From Phoronis australis (lineage: Eukaryota > Animalia > Phoronida): DNA of 64,000 nucleotides. Location of the stretch: contig NMRA01000003.1 in assembly GCA_002633005.1 (NCBI GenBank), positions 2,723,117 to 2,787,116 on the forward strand, given 5' to 3'. Position numbers and translations under genes: made by a program. Numbering within the stretch: the first letter of the stretch is position 1; each line of letters begins with the position of its first letter. The notes beneath the pieces are model-generated. The model did no database searches. It was not told the origin of the DNA and saw only the letters and a program-made list of their open reading frames with translations. This document shows positions 38,601-50,600 of the stretch, piece by piece.

Positions 38601-41600
38601 TAAAAAAACATGCTGCGAATGCTCAGTCATTGACTCTCTTTCACCTGATGCAAGCGTAAATGACAGTATGAGAGCCACTGAAAACTAGTTTTTGCTTAAC
38701 CTGACAACAAATCTGGCTGTTTTATTGTAACCAATGTACACTACAATTACTGTGATTAGTATGAAGGTAGTTCAAAGGTCAGTGAGCATTTAACCTCGCT
38801 GTACGCGGATAACGAATGACATGACGTAAATTTCAGCTCATCTCGTAACTCTCTGTCCATGGTGGCTCTGACATATCTTTCATCCTAGTTCCTCTCCAGT
38901 TTTGCTGTTTTCATTGCCCATTTAGATGCTTGTCAAGTGTTTTCATTAAAAATCACATTCTATCTTACATCAAATCAATAAAGGTTTAAAATATGAGGTA
39001 CATGTACTTACTCTGAACAGTTTCTGTATCGTCATTCACAGTATAAACGTGGTCAACTGTTTGATTCTCTCGCCTGTTATCTACAAAGTCGCCTTGTCGT
39101 ATGATTTGTTTTAAGTCATTCACATGTTAATGAAGTTAACTTTTTTACCACATTTTCATGTGACTAACAAGCCAGTTTACCTTGACGATAACATACCTGT
39201 GTCGCCACCATAAGATGGTGTTAATCTGTGAATCTATGGCTGTAATCCATTTATTGTAGAAGTCGTTATACAGTTGTGAAGTGTTAATGCCCACTGTGTC
39301 AGTCTGTGTATACCTTTGGTCTGTGTAGAAGACGGAGCGTGCCTTTCCTTCCTCTCTCTCATGTCTCCACTGTCAGTATCTAGGGGGGATGTTGAGCTTG
39401 TGCTAATGTCAGTCAATACTAATGTCAATAGATAACCATTCTAGAATTTCAAACGGCACGTTCTGTTATGTGACGTATCATATTTTCCTGTATCATATTT
39501 TATAAGCCTCGGTCATTTGTATAACATTTATGCTTCTTAATGTATTGAAATGTGAGCCCATGAGATTTTAATTTCGTATTCTATGACTTTGGAGTAAGTA
39601 ATAAAAATGTCTGGGTGTATTCACCTCTGCTCCATATTAGTATTCATGAGGCCACCTGACAGGAGAGTTTGGGGTAAATATTGACTCTGTCACAAAGCCT
39701 ACTCCATACTCCTTTATAGGTCCGTATTTACTCCTGTCGATCTATCTGAAATGGACTATGATATGCTGGTCATACACCTGTTTACTCACTATTCCTGTCC
39801 CTAATTGCATCAAAATTTACTGTATGCTTCATGGTCATTTGAGGTTGTGCTCTTAACATCACAGTCATTGTTCAGTCAACTGTCACCATTTGTCCTAGGA
39901 AATAACCAACATCTTTTATAATTGGTTTCGCCTGCTTTGCGATTTGTCATTAGGTTGTATGTTTAGGTGTCCCTGCATGTGCTAATGGTTTTTGGTCAAT
40001 TGGAAAAACAGAAAATATTGTAATGTTATATAAACAATCTTAATGTGCATCATATGAAGATTTTGAAGCCATTTAGTTTATAGATTACTTAGGTCTTCCT
40101 GTTTAGTATACATCACTTGGCTCTTCACGTTTAACATGATGTGGCCTATCTTGCAATTTACCAGTTTGTGTGGTGGTTATATCTCACTTAATGAATTATT
40201 TTAGTTTACAAATTTCTTGCCCTTCTGTTAAATTCTTTTTTCAGTAGAATTCTGTCTAGCATCGAAACACAAAATTTATTGTTCATCTTTTCATTTAGTT
40301 TAGCTGTGTGTTCTCTGTAGACTTATACTATCTACAGCAAATACTAGGTACAGTACTGTACAATCTATTCAATGCATACTTGTTCAAAGCTTTTACTGTT
40401 TGATGAATTTGGATTAAAGCCATCAGAGTGCATCTCCTAAGTCAACATTTTTGTTTATCAAACACTGAGAACAAACAATGTTGCTCCATAGTAAAACAAG
40501 GATTTGCCCAGTTTGAATATTTTGGACTGTTTACCGAAAGAGTTAATCAGCTTGGGTCCAGTAGTGTAGGTCCCATGCCATCCTTTTAATGGATATTGAG
40601 AGAGAACCATCCTGAGTTTGTGTGGGCTAAAGGACCACACCTGCACTTTTTATAAAGGATTCTCAAAAATCGTCTAGCGGTAATTACACTTCGTTAACAA
40701 AGTTGTTACACCTTTCTGAATTATTTTTTGTTTTCGTTTTATGCAAGTTTTCATTTTTTTCATAAAAATCATTAAGTTGTGTTTTTATAGCCTCTCATAC
40801 AGTCATGGAACATTTTGCAAAACAATTCATACAGTTTTTGGAGGACAGTGGTTACATTTTTCTAGGGCCCTGCATAACCTTATGTAGACACTACTGGCCT
40901 CTTTGAACTGTTACTTGGTATGACTTGATCCCTGATATTTGAAGTCACAGTTGTTTATGCTTAATGTTTTGTTCAACTTCTCGGTGAACAAAAACAAATC
41001 CAAGAATAAAGAAGCCCATAGTAATGTGCTTTTGTGCAACTGACTTTGTAAATTGTAGCAGGACAGCTTTTTTCAAGCCTATTTGCCATTAATTTACATG
41101 CAGAACTGGACTTACATATGACTTATTCACCAGAAAGTGAGGTCACAACTGAGCTACGTTCTAATATTCTGCATGGGTTAATAACTTTTGCCTGACAGAT
41201 TAAATTCTTTAATACTATGAAAACGTGTTAATAATCCTCGTGATAAGATCCTGGAATACTTGACTATCATTAGATATGTACCATGTGCACGATAGAGCCA
41301 CTGTTCAACGAGTGACAGTGCCAACTTCAGACATTTCTCACCATTTTAATCTTTGCCACCTTAGCTTGTGATAAAACAGTATTTAATTTATTTCAGTTTT
41401 CTAATCTTAATTCAACACAGTAAACAACAATATATGAACGTGTCAGTTTAGTCAAGTTTGCTTACTTGCCCCGTGTGATTAACGTCTGGTCTATTTGCTG
41501 TTGCCAATGGAGGTTCAAAGTACATGTTACAACTGTACCTAAGTACTTACCAACAGTCTTTAAATCTGTCAATGGCTTGCATTGAGGTCTGTCACCTCCA

Positions 41601-44600
41601 AAGGGCGTTGATAACATTTTGTACTTCTCAATAGAATGATTGATACCATTATAAGCTGTGCTGCCAGACCATTATCCCCTCATGAAGATGCAACTTGGTT
41701 TATGAAGAGGATTCTTTCTTTACCGCCCCTGGCTATTGGTTAATAACTAGGCTCAGCTCGTTCTCCTAATCCTTAGTTTCAGTTATAATACAATTTTTAT
41801 TCATTTACAAGCCATTGGCAATTGGCTCAAAATACTTGAATGTCCAATACCTTTATAGCCAGTCAAAGGTTTGCAAGTAGAGACCTGAACAATTAATTAG
41901 CTTCTCTATTGCGACAAACAATTAAATACAGTAAGTAGGGTTGCCAGGATTAAGCTACTTCTATGTAATTAGATATTATTTGCCTGTTCACACAGAGTGG
42001 AGAGGTACCGTCTTAACAAAAAGTGTTTTTGTTTGTTGTTGAAAATTCCAGTAGTCTAAGAGCTTTGTTTGGCATATAATAATGTTGTATGTTGGAGATG
42101 CGTCTTGGTCCCTAGCTTACGCTGGGCTGTTATGGACAGCAGTTGTGAACTTGAGCAAGCACTACTGTATGAAAAAAGTGAGCAAAAAAATTTAACTTGA
42201 AATAAATTTCAAAATGAGAATTTTTAAATATACCATGTTATGCAATCTTTGGTTCTTGTTTTGAGGGGGAAACCTTTGTTGTGATTTTTAAATAGATACG
42301 TCGCCTTAGGAATCTGCTGGATGGCACTGTTAAATGCCCAGAACGTATAGTGCATGGCAACAAATGACAACGTCTGTCCGTTTTCTTAAAGGAGACAGGC
42401 AGACTTGAAAAATTCCGTCACGAAGAACCATTACTGGGCTCTCGTGCTTAGGTCAGGTGTTTGGTGCAATGGGCCCAACCATGAGGCCTGCACCGCAAAT
42501 GACATCAGGCCACCCGCAGTGTTCTTATGCGCCCACATATTTATATGTGGGTGCAGCCGTCATCTCTGTCTGGGCGTGTGGGCGTCCGAGGCTGTATCTC
42601 CTAAACCCCTTACAGGATCTTATTGAAATTTGGCAGGTGTGTTCCTATGGTGTTGACGACAGAGGGCAACGAGTTTTGGACCGACCCGAATACCGCTGTG
42701 CCCCCTAGTGGCAATTTTAGTTTTTTACGTTTGCCTCTGGATCTTCAATGGTCCTCAACCGATTTTCATGAAATTTGGCACATTGGCATCTTTTAATGAG
42801 GTGACGGTATCCTCTCATTTTCGGATGGATTCGAGGTATTTTGCGCCACCTAGTGGCCATTTTTACTGTTTTGGAATTTGTTTTTTTTGGCGTCCATCCC
42901 TCCATCAACCGAACCACTCTAAGGATGATTGTGAAAATTGGCATGCATGTTCTTACTATGAAGAGGACGGTTGACGATGATTTTCCGATGACTTTGACTA
43001 CTATGGCACCTCCTAGGGGCAGTTTTGTTTGTTTTTGCGTCCATGGCTGTATCTTCTAAACGCTCTACAAGATCTTTATTAAATGTAGCAAATGTGTTTT
43101 TATAAAGTTGATAACGGAAGGCAATGACTTTCTGACGGGTCTGACTAAGACTGCCCTCTAGTGGCAATATAATTTTTTCTGTTTTCCTCTGTTTCTCTGA
43201 AGTTCCTTGACGAAATTTCATGAAATTTGTTAAAAAGTTTTCTTATAGAGAAACGGTGACATTTTCCGGTTTTCAGATGGATTCGACATACTTTGCACCA
43301 TCTAGTGGCCATTTTTTTCTGTTTTCTAGTCTGTTTTTGCCGTCCGCCCTCTGTCAACCAAACCAATCTTAGGATGATTGTGAAAATTGGCTTATATACT
43401 ATTAGTGTGAAGAGGACGGTTGACGATGATTTTCCGGCTTCAATTACTGTGGCAGTTTTTTTGCGCCCTTAGCTGCATCTCCTAAGTCCTCTGCAGAATG
43501 TTTATTAAATTTAACTAATGTATTTATATGACATTGACAACGGAAGACAGCAACTTTCATACGGATCCGATGAACCTCTGTTCCCTAGTGGCAATTTCAT
43601 TTTTTTCTGTTTTACTGAAATTTCTTGACGGATTTTCATGAAGTGTGGTAAATAGTTAGTTAGAAAAACTGTGAATTTTTCATTTTTTTGATGGATTCAA
43701 AATATTTTGCACTATCTGGTGGCCATTTTTATGATACAAATAAACACCCTAGAAGCATACTGTTTGCAGTGCATTTGTTGGCGCATTTCAACGCTCCGCG
43801 TTGCTCTTGTTTATTATAATTAATGAAACAAGTGATAAAATCTTGGACAGAATGGAGTTAATTGATTGCTTCAGCTTGACATAATCCAGTTTGAAGTTTT
43901 ATAAGTTTGACCTAATTAGTTGTGGCTTTACAGTAGATGACAATTTGGATGGTCTTGTAGTAGGGAAAGCAACCAGTTTGGGAAGTCTGGTTCTGTGGTG
44001 ACATTTTGTCATTCATTGCATTATCGTGATTAAGAATTTGAAATGGATAGGAGTCTTCTGATTGGTCTTTATTTTACTAACAATTTACTCCCGTGAATGG
44101 CCAACATGTCCTGGGATCTGTTTTACTGAACGAACGATAGTGTACAGTTAGTTGTACTTTCAGCTTCACAATTGCTGTGATATGGGATTGATTTTAAGCC
44201 ATCATCGTAAAAGTATTACATTGATTCTACACTGATGTTCAAAAAATTGTCGGTTCTATGTTGTGATAAAAAAGTCATGTATTGTTGTGGGCATTCACGT
44301 GGCTCTCATTATGTTTTCAGGTGGGTCGTTTCTGTGGAAGCCTGTTACCTGTGTTCATAGTGGTCAATCTCTTGATGACCCTTGGTCAGCAGCTGTGCGA
44401 GCCAGGTAAAATGTGTTTTGTATACTTCATTTACTTTTTGTGGATTTTTATGAAATTTGGCAAATGTCTGACCGTGTGCCTACTATATTCTCTGCCACTT
44501 TGTGGCAATTTTTAAAATCTGAGTCGTCTGTTTTGGCATCTGCCTCACTATCCACCAATTACTACTTTAAAAAACATGAAAATTGGCAGATGTGTTCCTG

Positions 44601-47600
44601 ATTAAAAGGCTACAGCTGACGTTTATTTTTAGACAGGTTCTACTCCTGTGGAGTCCCCTAGTGGCAATTTTGTTTTTTGCGCCCGCGGCTATATTTCACT
44701 AACCCTTCACAAGATATTGATGAAATATGGCTGATGCGTTTCTATGGAGCTGACAACGGATTATGACAAGTTTCAAACCATGGCTAGTGTTAAGTTTTGC
44801 ACCGATGTAACAACTAAAAAATTAATCGCAGGCGATCTGGTACACATACCAGATGTGCACAGGTCACTCAGGTGGGCTCACGGCACTGATCACCTGGAAC
44901 CATTTAATTATCTTATGTTACTACCTAGCTATAAGTGAGCCGAAGAGATAGAGTCCTGACTCACGGGTCTAGCTGTGTGCCCCAGAGTAAGACTGGAGTC
45001 ACTGGAGCCATTGACCTCGAGTAAAGGAAACAGACACTTATCCCACTGGTACACATTGCGTCCTCAATGTGACCACTATGGTGTCCCCCAAATTGTCATT
45101 TGCCCCTGCCCTAATGGCTGCCAAGTTCTTTGATGAATCGTCATCAAATTTAACTTTTGTGTTCCAAATTAGGAGAACACATCTGATATTGATTTTTTGG
45201 GATCCCAGTTCTGTGGAAATATTTGAAAAATGAGCCTCCTAAAGTATTTATGGTTTTCAAGGCATATGCTGGACACATAGCAGCACTCTACATTGCTCAT
45301 GAATGTTTATTTTTCACTTGTCCTTAAAAAATTTTAGTTATGTATGGTTTGTGAACTATTTCGTAACGTAATGTGGTGTGGTCGTGCTCTTTAGATGCTA
45401 TCAAGTCATTTGCCGACTCCCATCAATCTTATGCTGATAACTGGCGTCTTGTACCCTGGGTATCCTTGATCTCCTATATCCTGAAGTAAGTATTTTAAAA
45501 CAGCCGGGGATATTGAATTGAAAAACCGCTGAACAGGATATTTGTATTCTTCAATAATTCTGATCTCTAGCTTATGGAATCAGTTGCTGGTCAAAGTATT
45601 ACACAGTATTTTTTATCATCTAGTTTTGCCATATTTAGTGTGTTGTTGGGTCTGTGTGGATGTGCAATGTAGGTTGTATGGTATAGTTCTGGATGGAAGA
45701 ACGAAAACTAAATCGTTATCCCGTACCTGAAATTAATGCTTTTTATTGATGGTGTTCTGAAAAATATCATTCCAAAACTGTTGATAGCCTTACCGGATAA
45801 AACATTGAAACTGCCAATTTCATTAATATGTTAATTGCAGTCTCACTCTTTCTATCTGCCTCAGTTTTGTTCTGCTTTTACTGGAGTGGCAGCGCCATCT
45901 TTTGGCTGAAAAACAAAACTAAAAATAAATTTTGTCAAGTCTTTATGCTACTTGGAACAAAAAAAATGTATCGCTAGTATGAAGATAATTTTGTAATAAG
46001 GTTTTTTTCTTAAATTTTAAAACTATTTCGTGTTAAAGAGAGTCAGTTGTTATTATTACAGGAGAGATGTGGTTCATTGGTTTCTTGCTCATAGCGGTAT
46101 CCCTGATGATGACTTAGTCAGCCTTGGCCACAAAAGGATCTCATTCGGCTTAATGGTCATTCTGCTATATTTGATTGGTTATGTATTGGTCAGGATACAT
46201 ACTGTTGGTGTTGAGGTAGTGGTCAGCTCTATTGGGACGGTCATCAGACTGTATTGTGGTTGGTAAGTGTTATATGTGTAGACTGGTCAGTTATGTATTG
46301 GTAAAGATACATGCTGCTGGCATTGAGGTAGTGGTCAGCTCTGTTGGGACGGTCTTCAGACTGTATTGTGTTTGGTAAGTGATGTATGTGTTGATAGAAG
46401 TGTAAACCTATCAACTGACTCCCTCGTATTGTACACGAATGACTTTCGATATATTTAGCAGCTGATCCTTTAAGTAGCTTTACACCGTCGATCTGTCCAA
46501 CAGGCAAACCTTTTATGGTAACCTCTTACCACAAGATTGGTCTTGGCTTGTTCCTTACTCCACTGGGAAGTAATTTCTGGGTTTGCCAAAAGTGACAAGT
46601 TTATGAAGCCATAATACCATGCTGGGCACATGTAATGACACGCATTGAGAAGCAAACTTATAGAAACCGATTTGAAACCGTTTCCATGACAGTAGGTGGT
46701 CTAAAGCAAAATTTGTCTTTTGTGATGGAAGGCAGGTTTACAGTCAGTTTAAAAACTTGTGGTAATAATTTAATTTTGTTGTTAAGACAAATTGCATCAC
46801 AGGTTCATGGTCCATCAAGCCAGTTATTGACATCCAACTCTCTGCTGGTCATCTTAAGGTGAAGTTACCAAATGTAGCTTGTTTGTTAGATGCAACATAC
46901 TTTCAATTCTATGCTGTGCTAGTGTTCAGAAAGTTGAGAATATAAATGTTAAGTGAGCGTTAATTTTTAATATCGCTGTATCTTTACGCTGGCACCAGTC
47001 CCCCGTGTGTAGTCTTTAATCTTCTCTTCTATTTCAGTCCTAGTTCATCCTTTGCTGCAACACTGTTGGTTACACTGCAGTCAACTGTGTTGCTAGGCGC
47101 CTTATATCTGGCCCTGTTCTATTGTGGTGCTGCTGCCCTTCTTGTGGTCCTTATCCTGGCCTTGCTCAAGGTAAAACCTCTTTACTAGAAATTAAAGGGT
47201 TCTGATTCTATGTGAACAAGGAAGTCAGATTTGCCTATTCCTGAAATTTACCCCAAGAAGATGGCTGTAAACTATACGAGCATTCACTTCAGTCATCAGC
47301 TACATGATAAATTGTGTCTAAACTAGAGGCGTAAGTGACACAAATTTGCTTAATCGACGTCAGCTATGTAATGGCTGTTGTACTTTGCTTCAGGCCGTGG
47401 CTGCATTTACAAGACAATCGCCCAGCAGACACATCCAGCTTACTTTGTTGTTGCTGTTACTATGGTTACTCATTCTAAACGGACCATCATGTATTGTTTG
47501 GTTAAAGAACTTCAGGTGAGTCTTGTTAGCAGAATTTCCACGTAGAATGTACATAAGGCAAAGGGCAGTAGAATGTGTTATTTAAAAGTGTGCTTCAGTA

Positions 47601-50600
47601 ATTTTTTGAAGTATTAAATTTTTGTTTTGGGTAGTAACGACAAAAATTTCAAAATTGAGTCTTCCTGTTTAATCAAATTTAATATTAGCTTCCGAAATTT
47701 TAGGATTAATGTTGAAGATTTTAGACAAATTATTGAAACTTCTAGTGCGTTTAAATACGAGCCATCATCAAATAGTGGAGCCAGGCTATATTGATTTGTA
47801 ACATGAGCAAACCAAACCGAGAGCGAAAGTACCCGCTCAGCATGATGATGTCGCCACTTTCACAACAGAAAACTGCGTAAAATTGCCATGTACAGGGCTA
47901 CTGTATGTCCGCTGGGCTGGTTTTCAAATTCGCCATGTTCACCTAATGATCTGACAGATTTTGAAATACCAGATTTCTGTGATATCTAAATCAACTATAC
48001 AGCGCTATTGATTCACTTGCAGTTGAGCATCTGATGTCAATTAAGACAAGATCTACTGTGTGAATCTTATGCCTTTATTTGCCAGCTAAAACACACCTTG
48101 TTGCTCCTTTTCCTCAGGTTCTCTACCTCTCTGAAGACAGACCCATCTAAACTTCCATCACTTATATGCTGCACCCTTATGCTAGTCTCCAGTCTACTAC
48201 CTCACCATGTTAACAGGTAAGATAACTTCATACAATAGCGTGTGTACCTTTATGAGGTCTGTTGGTGTGAAACTGTGAATGGCATATTTGTTCAGACATT
48301 TTGCCATATGTTAAATATTATGCCATGCTTTACTTGCTGATGTTGCATTTTGATTCAGGTAACTTTTTGAATAAATTATTTCTGTGCTGTCTTCCTGTAT
48401 TGGGCTCTGACACTAGTTAATTGGAATGGTGCCGTCATCTCTGTCCTGTGTGCAGCCATATTGCGTTCACCCATCCACCTTGCGTCCATTTGTCTTGCTC
48501 AACTAATGTTGATTTTTGTATGAATCCAACTTGTGGATCCCCCTTGTATGTTCCCCCTTGTGGCAGCTTTACTTTTTGCGCCTGCCTGTGTGCAAGTATC
48601 AATTTCCTTAGCTGGAGCTTCATGTAAATTGACAGATGTGTTTCTAAAAACAAAAAGGTGGCACCTGCCTATGATTGCCCTGTTCTCCAATCTTTGTGCC
48701 CCCCAGCAGTACTTTCAGTATTTTAGTGTCCGTTTTTGGGACCCACTTTCCTATCTGCCAAATGGTTTCAAAATCTGAGTCATGTTGTTTGTATTAGCGG
48801 CAACATGTCTTTAGCTGCTTTGATTATTGCTACGCCTCCTAGTGGCAATTTTTGTATTTGCCTCAATATCTACCAAGTTGATGAAGGGTCTTGGTGAAAT
48901 TTGCAGTTAATTTTTTAATATCCCTTAGAGAACAGCATTTGTCCACATATAGTCAGTTTAGACTTTATTTATTTATTTATTATTGTGATATTTAAAATGA
49001 GGGTGGCCTCTTCAGTGATAGCACTGCTTTCCAAAAGGGCCCTCAAAAGACTTGTGCTGTGCCCACAATTTTATCAGTTCACTATGCTCGCTTGGTATCC
49101 ACCATTCTACCTGCCAAACCCCTTGAAAAATCATCAGATGTTGCCAAATAAATTTCTGTTAAGGTGAGCATAACAGGTGTCAATTAATGGATGTATGCAA
49201 CTGCTGCAATGCCCTCTTGTGGTAGTTTTAGTTTTCTTTGCTGCAATAGTACCACAATTGCATCGTGTTGATGTTCAAATTATTAGCATTGCTCTCGTAG
49301 ACTTGATACTATGTATGTACTATGTTCACTGGAGTTGCACACTCTTTACTTGAAGATGTAAACAAGAGCAACGCGGAGCGTTGAAATGTGCCCACGAATG
49401 CATTGCAAATGGTGTGCTTTTAGGGTTATTTATTTGTATCATAAAAATGGCCTAGATGGCACAATAACATACAACCCATCCAAAAACAGGAAAATGCCAT
49501 ATTTCATAAAAATCTGTCAAGGAACTTCAGAGAAACGAAGGAAAACAGAATAAAATGAAATTGCCACTAGTGGGCACAGTGTCCTTAAAGTCGTCGTCGT
49601 CTGTTGTTATCTTCATACAAATACACCTACTAAATTTAGTAAAGATCAGTGGGTTTAGGAGATACAACTATGGGCGCAAAACTAAACTACCACTAGGAGG
49701 CGCAACAGTAGTAAGTCACCATCATCAAAGGTCGTCTTCACACTGAGAACATATATGTCAATTTTCAAATGATTTGGTTGATACAGGGGTGGACACAAAA
49801 AACAAGATTGGAAAACAGCAAAAATGGCCACTAGGTGGTGCAAAATATCTCGATTCCATCCAAAAACAGAAAGATAGCGTCATCATACCAATAGATGCCT
49901 ATATTTAAAATTTTATCTGAAAATCTGTTGAGGAGTTAAACGTAAAAAAACTAAAATTGCCACTAGGGGGCACAGCAGTAGTCAGATCTGTCCGAAAGTC
50001 GTCGTCATCCGTAGTCAACATCATATAAATACACTTGCTAAATTAAGTAAAGAACGATTTAGGAGATACAGCCATAGGCGCAACAAAAACAAAACTGCCA
50101 CTAGGCGACGACACAGTTGTCGAAATCATTGGAAAATCATCGTCAACTGTCCTCTTTATAGTAAGCACATACCTGCCAATTTTCACAATCATCCTTTGAG
50201 CGGTTTGGTTGATAGAGGGGTGGACGCAAAAAAACGGACTCAAAAACAGTAAAAATGACCACTAGGTGCGTAAACTACATCGAATCCATCCGAAAATGGG
50301 AGGATAGCGTCATCTCACTAATAGGTGACTACATACCAAATTTCATGAAAATCCGTTCAGGACTTTTGAAGGTACAAAGGTAAGTGTAAAAAACTAAAAT
50401 TGCCACTAGGGGGCACACCGGTAGTCGATTCCGTCCGAAAGTTCGCTCATGCCGTCCCATTCATGAATGGAACATATGTGCCAAATTTCATGAATGCATG
50501 TCAAAGGGTTTTGGAGATAGAGCACCGGACGCGGGATGGACGCCGCCCGGACGGACGGAGATGCCAGCCTAATGCGTCCACATATAAATATGTGGGCGCA

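Noticed and set aside
38794-38866. Perfect Kozak GCCACCATGG on the minus strand opening MDRELRDELKFTSCHSLSAYSE
   Set aside because: The nearest donor is weak and phase 0, incompatible with the phase-1 acceptor at 36979, and the frame closes soon after; not supportable as the nested gene start without transcripts.
42405-43366. Cluster of overlapping 70-100 aa ORFs (also 24357-25039, 26193-26417, 50043-50923)
   Set aside because: Chance frames through the HINE repeat; no Rep (HUH), helicase, transposase or RT motifs.
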